This document shows positions 41,239 through 50,218 of a stretch of 64,000 bases of DNA, in pieces. The position numbers and the translations under genes are program-made. Below the pieces are notes generated by a model. That model had not been told where the DNA came from, did not search any database, and was given only the letters and a program-made list of their open reading frames with translations. Positions within the stretch are counted from its first letter, which is position 1; every line of letters starts with the position of its first letter. The stretch comes from Candidatus Cloacimonadales bacterium (GTDB taxonomy: Bacteria; Cloacimonadota; Cloacimonadia; Cloacimonadales; JAIOQZ01), in the NCBI GenBank assembly GCA_963665815.1, contig OY762463.1:896001-960000 (forward strand), in the 5' to 3' direction.

Positions 41239-42591
41239 ATGGAACATATTGGATTTGTCCCTGAAAACGGAATGTGTACCGGATGCGGTGCCTGCACAGG
41301 AGTTTGCCCGACCGGAGCAATATCTTCCGTCTGGGATGAGTACGGTGACAGAGTCCCCAAAGTAGATGAAGACAAATGCATTGAGTGCTCTTTATGCGTA
41401 TTAGTGTGCCCCGGACATAATGTAGATTATGCAAAGCATGCTGAGCAATGCAGCTTTACTACCATGAAAAGTCTGCAGTCAGGTTTACAGAGTACCGATA
41501 AATGTTCTGTACTTTATGCAAAAGATGAAGAGTTACTCAGCACATCAACATCAGGAGGTCTGGCAAGAGAACTGGCAGCTTCTCTCATTGAAGAAGGAAA
41601 AGTAGACGGAGCATTGATGATTGTCTCTGAGAACCATGTAAAACTGCCGTTATATGCAAAATACAAAGTATTCACTGATCCTGAAGAGATCAGATCACAG
41701 GATAAACATTCCATGTATTGCCCTGCCCCACTTCTGGAAGGTTTGAAAGATATTGATGATGATGACAAAACCTATGTTATAGTTACACTCCCCTGTCATA
41801 CACATGCAATTCGAAAATTACAGGCAGAAATGCCACGCTGGCAGAAGAAGATAAAGTATGTTATTGGGCTTCTATGCGGAGGAACTCCCACTGCAAAAGC
41901 AAGCATGTTTCTGTTTGAAGAAAATGGAATTGACTACCACGACATTGACTGGATTGACTACCGATACAAAGGTGCGAGAGAAGGTGTTTACGGTCGAGAT
42001 TCATCAGGAGAACTGCACAACGTACGTATCTTTGGTGGACTGAACGACAACAGTCGAAAAAAGCAGATGACCGGAGCAATATTTATGAGCCCCTATTTCT
42101 ACCGCAGAAGATGCCTTTTTTGTGCAGACTATTTTAATGCTTATGCAGATGTTTCCTGCGGTGATCCATGGATAAAGAGCTTCTGGAAAGACTCTCTTAA
42201 AAAAGGAGATAACTGGGGAACACTTACAATCACCAGAAACCAGGAAATTGACGATTTTCTTAAAAAACTACAATCTAATGGCGTTCTGGAGACACGACTG
42301 GAACTGACTGCCGAACAAGTCACTGAATCAATGAGTCCTTTCCAGAGAAAAAAGATTAAGTTGTTCAACTGCTACAGAAAATATACCGGGTTGTTCAACA
42401 TGATGTTCCCGGAACATGTCGGACTGAAAAATCCACATAGAAACTACTCATCGTTCAGAGCTTTTATCAATCTTCTTAAAAACAAATTTGCACTGAATCA
42501 AGAGTTATGGTGGACATTCAAGTATGTTCAGTTCCTGGAAGAAGCTGCAGCTCTTATCAAAAGAAAACTAAGAATTAATTCTCCGGATTAA
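41239..42591 (+). CDS. FrhB/F420 hydrogenase-dehydrogenase beta-subunit-like Fe-S protein, copy 2
   Basis: Same motif set, collinear with copy 1 from MxHIGFVPENG to FKYxQFxEE. Confidence 0.88.
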   Translation: MEHIGFVPENGMCTGCGACTGVCPTGAISSVWDEYGDRVPKVDEDKCIECSLCVLVCPGHNVDYAKHAEQCSFTTMKSLQSGLQSTDKCSVLYAKDEELLSTSTSGGLARELAASLIEEGKVDGALMIVSENHVKLPLYAKYKVFTDPEEIRSQDKHSMYCPAPLLEGLKDIDDDDKTYVIVTLPCHTHAIRKLQAEMPRWQKKIKYVIGLLCGGTPTAKASMFLFEENGIDYHDIDWIDYRYKGAREGVYGRDSSGELHNVRIFGGLNDNSRKKQMTGAIFMSPYFYRRRCLFCADYFNAYADVSCGDPWIKSFWKDSLKKGDNWGTLTITRNQEIDDFLKKLQSNGVLETRLELTAEQVTESMSPFQRKKIKLFNCYRKYTGLFNMMFPEHVGLKNPHRNYSSFRAFINLLKNKFALNQELWWTFKYVQFLEEAAALIKRKLRINSPD

Positions 42592-42593
42592 AC

Positions 42594-43889
42594 ATGTTTA
42601 TAATACACGTACCTGAATTTAATTACAATAAAATACAATATATATTTAAAGTTTTACTTGAAGTATGGTCAGACCTGAAACCAGTCTACTACAAGCATGA
42701 ATTTAACTACATTGAAATATCTTCTGAGCAAGGTAAAATCAGGCTGCATTCTGAGATGTTCAATATCATCAAAGAGCGGAATCTGGTAAAGGAAGACCTC
42801 AGTATTAATAATATTGAGGTTGAGAACATCAGAACTAAAACCCTGTTTAAATCCGACAAACCGGCTCTTGTCATAAAAGATGGATTGATTGAAGTAAATG
42901 CGGATATAATCGGATCAGCCTTTTTCCTGCTGACAGGATATGAATCCGCAATCCACAATCCTCTCGATAAGCATGGACGATTTGAAGCTAAAAACTCGCT
43001 CATTGAAGATGTAATAGATAAGCCTGTCGTTCACGATTATTGCAATATCATCCTTAGTCTACTGAGAAAAATCCATCTCAATATTGATGTTCCGAAAAAC
43101 GGTTTCAAAGTCATTCCAACTCACGATGTTGATCATCCGACTGAGTATATGAACCTACCTCTGCCCCACCTGCTCAAGAACTGTGCAGGAGATGTAATCC
43201 TGAGAAAGCAGAGCTTTGTTCCAAGGCTATTGAACTATACAAAGAGCAGATCATCAAGCTTTGCAGATCCTTTTGACACATTCGACTATATGCTCGATCA
43301 AGAGAAAGACTTTGAATCAATCTATTACTTTTTCTTTGGTGATTTTAACTGGGATAACCCATCATACAGAATCGATGAGTTTATACCATTGCTTGAAAGA
43401 ATAAGAAAGCAACTGAACAGTAATATAGGAATCCACTTTGGATTGGGGACATACAATAATCAAGCAAAGATGACAGCTGAGATGAAGAAAGCAATCTCGT
43501 TAGTTCCAGGGCTTAAACATTCAAGACAGCACTATTTATCGCTTAATGTTCCTGAAACTTTGTGTAATCTGTCAGAGACAGGAATCAAAATGGATTCTAC
43601 TTTTGCATTCAGGGATAAAGCCGGATTCCGCTGTGGCGCTTGCCGACCTTTCCCACTATACGACTATAAGAATGATTCAATACTGGAAACATGGGAGAAA
43701 CCCTTGATACTGATGGAGTCTCAAATAATCGATAACCCTGAATTAACCTGTTTAGAGAAAGCTGAGCAAATATTATCCGTTAAAAACACAGTAAAAGAAT
43801 ATGAAGGTGAGTTTGTATTCTTATGGCATAATCACAGGTTAGTTGAGGAGAATGAGAAACACCTTTATGAGCTGACAATTAAGGGATAA
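42594..43889 (+). CDS. Polysaccharide deacetylase-like protein
   Basis: D.HGRF, THDVD, IGIH, RQHYL, DST, GFRCG.C.PF, LWHN. Confidence 0.8.
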   Translation: MFIIHVPEFNYNKIQYIFKVLLEVWSDLKPVYYKHEFNYIEISSEQGKIRLHSEMFNIIKERNLVKEDLSINNIEVENIRTKTLFKSDKPALVIKDGLIEVNADIIGSAFFLLTGYESAIHNPLDKHGRFEAKNSLIEDVIDKPVVHDYCNIILSLLRKIHLNIDVPKNGFKVIPTHDVDHPTEYMNLPLPHLLKNCAGDVILRKQSFVPRLLNYTKSRSSSFADPFDTFDYMLDQEKDFESIYYFFFGDFNWDNPSYRIDEFIPLLERIRKQLNSNIGIHFGLGTYNNQAKMTAEMKKAISLVPGLKHSRQHYLSLNVPETLCNLSETGIKMDSTFAFRDKAGFRCGACRPFPLYDYKNDSILETWEKPLILMESQIIDNPELTCLEKAEQILSVKNTVKEYEGEFVFLWHNHRLVEENEKHLYELTIKG

Positions 43890-43900
43890 AGGGTAATGAA

Positions 43901-45076
43901 ATGAAAATAATTATGATTGGTCATATTAATTCGGAAACAAGTGATGCAACCAGCATCCACTTCAGCGAAACTGCAAACGCTTATAGCAGACTTGGACATT
44001 CTGTGAGTGTTATCAGTCCACAGGTAACACGAGATATTTACGATACTGAGATAGAAATCAAAGATTATCCTGTTAAGTATGAGGAATCGCTTAAAAATGC
44101 CTTCTTGCACAGCTTTTGGATATATAAAAAGTTGTTTAAGGTCATAACACCGGATACCGATCTGATACATGTTCGCTGGCGACTATTTCCTGCAATATTA
44201 GTCCGATTGCTCTGTTGGCTGAAGGGTTGTTTCCCGCATATTCTGACAGAACACAATGGTTGGCTTGATCTGGAAATTAAGATTCAGAGAAGCTCAAAAC
44301 TGATTGCCTGGATTGGCAAAGCGCTACAGATAGCTGACGCAATGACAGCCGACCAGACCCTGACTGTGACAGATGGAATTCGTAAACTGCTTATTGACTC
44401 TGGAATACTGCCTGATAAGATTTTCACAGTTGGAAACGGTACAAATATTTCTCACTTCTATCCTTTGGAAAACAAATCCGGATTGAAACAATCGCTACTG
44501 GGAGTAGATGGTACAATTATTGGTTTTATCGGCAATATTTCAAAGTGGCAAGGTATTGATGATATTGTTGATAGCTTTGCTAAAGTAAACTGTAACTTTA
44601 ATAATGTTTATCTGCTGATTGCCGGTTCCGGAATGTATAAGGAAGAGCTGGAGAAGAAAATCCGGCAGACTGATTATGCTGATAAAATCATACTTAAACC
44701 CAACATACCTTATGACAAGGTAAATGAATGGATGAATGTAATAGATATTGCTGTTGCTCCCAAAACGAAGAAGCTTAACATTGTGGGCTACTCCCCTCTC
44801 AAAATCCGTGATTATGCGGCAGCAGGTTGTGCTGTTGTTTCAACGGATGTAAACGGTATTTTAGAGCTGGAAGAGCATGGATGGCTCAAGACATATAATC
44901 CCGACAACCCGGAGAGCATGGAAATCCTGCTTTCCAACATGCTTCTGAACAATGATCATGAGGAAATGGGTAGAAAAGCCAGAAAATACGCCGAAGAGCA
45001 TTTCAGCTGGATTAAGATTGCAGAGGCTATAATCGGGAATTTACCTGTAAAGGTAACTAATTCGAGAAGTAGGTAG
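43901..45076 (+). CDS. GT4 glycosyltransferase
   Basis: EHNG, NG....F.P, GFIG...WQGID, SPLKI.DY.A.G..VV, FSW..IA. Confidence 0.9.
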   Translation: MKIIMIGHINSETSDATSIHFSETANAYSRLGHSVSVISPQVTRDIYDTEIEIKDYPVKYEESLKNAFLHSFWIYKKLFKVITPDTDLIHVRWRLFPAILVRLLCWLKGCFPHILTEHNGWLDLEIKIQRSSKLIAWIGKALQIADAMTADQTLTVTDGIRKLLIDSGILPDKIFTVGNGTNISHFYPLENKSGLKQSLLGVDGTIIGFIGNISKWQGIDDIVDSFAKVNCNFNNVYLLIAGSGMYKEELEKKIRQTDYADKIILKPNIPYDKVNEWMNVIDIAVAPKTKKLNIVGYSPLKIRDYAAAGCAVVSTDVNGILELEEHGWLKTYNPDNPESMEILLSNMLLNNDHEEMGRKARKYAEEHFSWIKIAEAIIGNLPVKVTNSRSR

Positions 45077-45330
45077 AGGTAACGCTTCGTATCATCATGT
45101 GATCAGGTAAATCACGAGAATCAAGGTTCGGACATTAAGATGAGACAAACGGCTGTATCCCTCTAAGCGGTTGGTTGAGCTGTACAAGCTTTCACGATTT
45201 AGATGATTATTTCTACCAATACATCGACTGTGGATTATGGCTGATTAACGCACAGGTGGAGTATTCTTATAAGAGAACTTTAGTCATTCCTGATGTATTC
45301 ACCCAGAAACATCTACGCTAGTTCTGGATG
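45041..45330 (+). ncRNA. Candidate structured non-coding RNA or mobile-element remnant (family unidentified)
   Basis: No ORF in six frames; about 40% GC by hand count (45081-45310); several nested stems whose mismatches are mostly G-U compatible on the + strand. Confidence 0.4.
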
Positions 45331-45755
45331 TGTTCCTTCTAATTTTATCTTTTGAATAAAATCCTCGGTAGTATACATAAAAAAAGTATTGTACTTGTTG
45401 ATTATCTCTTTTTTACCGTTTATTGCATTTATCTGCCTGAGAAAATCCCTATTATCTGACTTTACATGAACTTTGACATTGCCAATGAAAACAAAACCAA
45501 TCTGCTTTCCGCATACCGGTGTCATAAGATAAAAATATCCATTATAAAATGAAATATTTGCAGCATTATTGACATAATCCAGTTTTTTTACTTTATACAC
45601 CTGCGATTCATCAAAACTGATTTCAGATATATCTTCAATGAATCCATTAAGACTTACATTAGACTCATTCTGTAGTTCATCTCCCGAAAGACTTCCGAAT
45701 CCCATAAAATAATGACACATGACAGTAATATTTTACTGATTATAATGTTCTTCAT
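45313..45755 (-). pseudogene. Frameshifted and truncated paralog of the upstream M1-peptidase-like gene
   Basis: ATG at 45755 overlaps the upstream stop (TAATG) and gives signal peptide MKNIIISKILLSCVIIL; after a frameshift near 45703 it aligns with the upstream protein N-terminus (VY.V..L...A.I....G..Y...PV......F.GNV); stops after about 150 codons. Confidence 0.75.
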
Positions 45756-47983
45756 TATTTCTTCTCTTTTAATATCACAGTGTTAAACGGATCAAATATC
45801 AATTCTTTCATTTCCATAGGCAGCTTCAGTTTCTTTGTATATGTTTTACCAATCACATCCACATTGAATGTTGATGCTGCTCCATTCTGATAAACGACCT
45901 GTAGTGGAATTCTGGATATGAAGTTATCCCCCACTCCCGATTGTGTTATCTCTAAATTCAGATAGTTAACGCCATTTTCCTGAGTTCCGGAGTAATCATA
46001 CTCAATTTCAGGAAGCTTGTTACCATATACCCACTGATCGAAGAACCAACTCATGTCTGTACCGGTTATGCTATTTACAGTCCTAATGAAGTCTTTTGTA
46101 CTTGCTTTTTTCCCTTTGTATTCAGAGTAGAAATTCCTCAAGATTGTCAGGAAAACATCATCATTCTTCCCTTGAAGATTCATAAGGTAATATCGCAACA
46201 TGTGCATTACATAAGTAGATCTTGATCCTGAATTGTTATCGTATACAGCATCAGGAAGCATTCCGCAACTGACAGATGCTTTATAGTATTCTCTAACAGA
46301 ATCATTGGATAATGTAATATTATCATTATATATTTCTTCTCCGCTTGAATCACACTTATGTATAAGTAAAATAGACGTAATCTTCGCTAAAGAGTTTATA
46401 AGCCATGAATCATTTGATCTGAAAGGCTTAACACTTTTTCCCCACCAAAGCTCTGCAACTGAAACAACCGGATAAGCAATCAGCAAATTATTGAGCTGTT
46501 TTATATATAGTGGATTGCCAATGTTAGCGGGAAGCTCAGGAAATCCAAATACAACATAATCAGGTATTGCAATATCATATCCATACGATTCAATAAAGCT
46601 GACTTTACTTGATTCTAACTTCCCTAATATGTTAGACATAATCTCCATCAGATTCATTAGCCTTTCTACTTCATCATCCCTGTCCTTATCCATAAAAACT
46701 GTTACCTCCGGCACTCCCTCTCGAGTTTTAACGCTTTGTTTGCAATCTCCCAGAGAGAAATCAATGTGACCAACAGGTTGCCTTGTCTTCCAGACTGCTG
46801 TTTTCATTTTTCCAACTTTTTCTTCAGAAATTTTATCTCCGACACAAAACAAATTGTACTTCTTGGGATATGTGAATTTAAGATTAGCATGAAAGTATGT
46901 TTCTGATGGAATATAAGGGAACCAGAACAAATGAGATGCAGTTGTATTCAACGTGTAATGGTATGTATAAATGTATGGAGCCTGATATTTAATCTTCAAC
47001 TGATACTTCCCATCAGTAACATTCTCCGGTAATTTAACCCATAAGTATTCTTCTTTAAGAAAATGATCCAGAGGATAATCATTTGAATCTCTGACAAACT
47101 CAAGCTCGAATTTTTTCATATTTAACAAGTATCCAACTTCAATTTTCAACCATTGAGAATGCCCATCCCTTACATTAAAAAAAATACTCCCATCACACAC
47201 AAGAATTTTATTTCGGGTTATTTCAATATCCAGGTCATATTTCTCCACATCAGTAGAAAGGATTTTAACAGGGGCAGGAATATTGCCATACTTATGATAA
47301 TCTTCTAATTTGTTGAATAATATGTTATTGGAAAGAGATTTCTTGAACTTGTTATTTGCAGGTATAAAGTGAAGAAAATTCTCTCTGTCTCTTTCAGGAT
47401 CATACGAATAATTTACTACCTTTATTCTATTATGATTGTTCAGTAAGCAATATCTGATAAAACCTTTAGAGTTATCTTCAATTATCTTTTCAACAATGTA
47501 GTCCCATAATACTAAATCCGATCCATCACTAATGCTCATCTTGTTCATTCTCACATCGATGTTTTTGTATTCCGGATAATTATCTAACTTCTGAAACTTA
47601 CTTCTCACCTCATTAACTAATCCTCGTGTATCAGTTATAAATACCTCATCATAATCATCCTCAAAAAAATCTTTATTTGTTGCATTTCTGAATTGCCTGA
47701 CAGCCTCTTCTGCATCTGATTTAAGCATAAAATGTACATTACCTCTGAATGCACTGAAAACATTTTGATTGTTAACGGGGCAATATACATACAGAAATCC
47801 ATCCTTCAGCACCAGTATCGAAGCATCGACTTTAACTTCCAGACTATCTATCTGATAGACTTCCATATTTTTCGTGCTCAAATCTTTGAATTCAGTATAG
47901 ATTCGCTCTATCTCAGTCATCCCCTCATCAGCTCCCAGATTTACACATAATAATAAAATAGATATCAAAATCCCTAAAATCAC
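45755..47983 (-). CDS. Secreted M1-family aminopeptidase-like protein lacking the zinc-binding motif
   Basis: WFP, WWG.......WL...LA, V.HMLR..L, F...LR.FY, T.DF, SWFFDQWVY, FDP; HExxH replaced by VSVAEL; probable GTG start at 47983 after GGAG. Confidence 0.75.
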   Translation of the reverse strand: MILGILISILLLCVNLGADEGMTEIERIYTEFKDLSTKNMEVYQIDSLEVKVDASILVLKDGFLYVYCPVNNQNVFSAFRGNVHFMLKSDAEEAVRQFRNATNKDFFEDDYDEVFITDTRGLVNEVRSKFQKLDNYPEYKNIDVRMNKMSISDGSDLVLWDYIVEKIIEDNSKGFIRYCLLNNHNRIKVVNYSYDPERDRENFLHFIPANNKFKKSLSNNILFNKLEDYHKYGNIPAPVKILSTDVEKYDLDIEITRNKILVCDGSIFFNVRDGHSQWLKIEVGYLLNMKKFELEFVRDSNDYPLDHFLKEEYLWVKLPENVTDGKYQLKIKYQAPYIYTYHYTLNTTASHLFWFPYIPSETYFHANLKFTYPKKYNLFCVGDKISEEKVGKMKTAVWKTRQPVGHIDFSLGDCKQSVKTREGVPEVTVFMDKDRDDEVERLMNLMEIMSNILGKLESSKVSFIESYGYDIAIPDYVVFGFPELPANIGNPLYIKQLNNLLIAYPVVSVAELWWGKSVKPFRSNDSWLINSLAKITSILLIHKCDSSGEEIYNDNITLSNDSVREYYKASVSCGMLPDAVYDNNSGSRSTYVMHMLRYYLMNLQGKNDDVFLTILRNFYSEYKGKKASTKDFIRTVNSITGTDMSWFFDQWVYGNKLPEIEYDYSGTQENGVNYLNLEITQSGVGDNFISRIPLQVVYQNGAASTFNVDVIGKTYTKKLKLPMEMKELIFDPFNTVILKEKK

Positions 47984-48196
47984 AATAAACTCCTGAAAAA
48001 AAATATTTACTATGAAATCTTCGCATAAATGTTTCAATTTATCAGATGATGATTGACTCTACTATTGTGCAAAAATCTCACATTTCAGAATTTCATGATC
48101 AAATAATTTCAGTCAATAAATTAATTTTTCATTTGATCAATTTATATCGATAAAAACAATGACATCATATTATGATTTCTATTAGATGAGGTAAGT

Positions 48197-50137
48197 ATGA
48201 ACTTAAAAAAACTGAGGTTAGCCCCAACGGACACATTTTTCCTGAAAATGTATCTGCTGCTGCTGGCTTTCTTTGCATTGTTTAGAATTTTCTTTGTAAT
48301 AAGATATCATGGTCAATACTCAGGTGTCCCCTTTGGAGATATCCTTACAGCTTTTTTCTATGGAGCACGTTTCGACACTGTTATAATTGGCTATTATCTT
48401 GCACCCTTCTTCCTTATCGGGCACATTCCCTATATAGGAATCGAGTTTTCTAAGATAATGAGGATTACCGTTCAGGTATTGATGCTTATACTGCTTATAG
48501 TCTATACAGGAGCAATGATCGGGAATCTTGAGTTTTTCGAGGAATACAATTCTCATCTTGATTATACATCCATTGAATACTCCGATACACCGGATCTGAT
48601 TGTGTACACAATCTGGAATGAATATCCGGTTATACCTTATCTGTTTCTCATGTTCTTAGTTGTTGGATCATTTGGTTATCTTCAACACAGGTTGTTCAAA
48701 AAGCTGCAATATAAAAAAACTCACTATATAAACAGATCAGTCACATTCCTGATTTTAGCAGGACTATTGTTTCTTGGTGTCAGAGGACGAACCGGTACAG
48801 CGTCCATCAACTGGGGTGTAGGCTTCACAAGCCAGTACAACATTGCAAACCAGACTGCCGTTAACCCTATATTCAATTTTATTCGAGACGTTTATGACCA
48901 CGAAAAGCGTCCGCAATACATTTCTGATAAGGAAGCTATTGAAGTTACTAAAGAAATTATCATGCCGAATGAAGAGCCAATTGTGAAGGAATATCCTTTC
49001 TTTAGAGAGTTTAAAACTGATGAACCGCAAAAAAAGATGAATGTAGTGCTTATTCTTCTGGAATCGTTTTCTGCTGAATTTGTTGGCTGCCTCGGTTCGG
49101 ATCTTGGACTTACTCCAAATTTCGACAAGCTTTCTGAAGATGGCGTCCTGTTTACAAATTTCTACAGTAATGGACAGCGAAGTGCCAGAGCTTTTAATAC
49201 CAGCTATTGTTCTTATCCCGTACTTACAGGCAAATCTCTTATAAAGCAGGTACAGGCTCAGCAGAAGATACCTTCTATAAGTCAGATGCTAAAAGACTCA
49301 GGCTATTCAACTCACTTCATATATGGTGGGGATATTGAATTTGACAATATGAGAGGATTTCTGGTATCAAAGGGTGTAGATAACTTTGTAGGTCAGACAG
49401 ATTTTGATCCTGATACTTTCATCAATAAATGGGGAGCTCCCGATCATGTTGTTTTCGAAAGAACAATAGAAGAAATAGATAAATTACCTGCTGATAAGCC
49501 ATTCTTTTTATCTGTATTCTCAACAACAAACCATCCACCATATACAATCCCGGATGTTGATTTCGGAAAAGTAGAAACTGGTGGTGAGTTAAACGGAAAC
49601 TACAATACTTTTAAATACATGGACTATGCTCTCGGACAATTTTTTGATAAAATAAAAGGCAAACCGTATTTTAACAACACTCTATTTATTGTTACAGGTG
49701 ATCATTCCAAGAATTATCATCATGATATTCCTTTTGATCACAGAGCGTCCTATGTTCCATGCCTGTTCTACAGTCCGGGAAATCTTGCACCGGCAAGATA
49801 TGATTATGTAACGAGTCAGGTTGACATTCCACCAACACTTCTTAACTATTTGCATATTTCTGCCAGACATTCTTTCTTTGGAAAAGACATGTTGAATGGA
49901 AATCCCGACAACAGATTTGCCCTGATTGTTAAACACAACAACATTGGTTGGCTTGAAGACAAGTATTTTTTTAGTGGAAAAATCGGACAAGGATCTCAAC
50001 TGTATAATCTTGAAAATGAAAAGTTTATTGATATCAAGAATGCTGAGAAAGAGCTTCATGACAGGCTTCAGAGGAAAGCGTATTCAATGGAGCAGGCAGT
50101 GTTCTATCTTTTTAAGAAGCGAAGAATAGCATTTTGA
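48197..50137 (+). CDS. LTA synthase family / sulfatase-fold membrane protein
   Basis: Five N-terminal TMs, NVVLILLES, TPNFD.L, GG...FDNM, WG.PD, NH.PY, KY.D.ALG.F, GDH, SQ.DI.PT. Confidence 0.9.
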   Translation: MNLKKLRLAPTDTFFLKMYLLLLAFFALFRIFFVIRYHGQYSGVPFGDILTAFFYGARFDTVIIGYYLAPFFLIGHIPYIGIEFSKIMRITVQVLMLILLIVYTGAMIGNLEFFEEYNSHLDYTSIEYSDTPDLIVYTIWNEYPVIPYLFLMFLVVGSFGYLQHRLFKKLQYKKTHYINRSVTFLILAGLLFLGVRGRTGTASINWGVGFTSQYNIANQTAVNPIFNFIRDVYDHEKRPQYISDKEAIEVTKEIIMPNEEPIVKEYPFFREFKTDEPQKKMNVVLILLESFSAEFVGCLGSDLGLTPNFDKLSEDGVLFTNFYSNGQRSARAFNTSYCSYPVLTGKSLIKQVQAQQKIPSISQMLKDSGYSTHFIYGGDIEFDNMRGFLVSKGVDNFVGQTDFDPDTFINKWGAPDHVVFERTIEEIDKLPADKPFFLSVFSTTNHPPYTIPDVDFGKVETGGELNGNYNTFKYMDYALGQFFDKIKGKPYFNNTLFIVTGDHSKNYHHDIPFDHRASYVPCLFYSPGNLAPARYDYVTSQVDIPPTLLNYLHISARHSFFGKDMLNGNPDNRFALIVKHNNIGWLEDKYFFSGKIGQGSQLYNLENEKFIDIKNAEKELHDRLQRKAYSMEQAVFYLFKKRRIAF

Positions 50138-50218
50138 ATAAAAACTTTATAAATAAAGCTGGACATTACAGCCGTGCCTTTAGGATTTTGACACACTGAT
50201 TAATCACAGGAGATTGTA

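Noticed and set aside
45072-45217. Lysine riboswitch (GGTAGAGG start) or cobalamin riboswitch (AATCGGGAA) assignment
   Set aside because: Downstream conserved elements are missing and there is no co-oriented downstream gene to regulate; left as unidentified structured RNA
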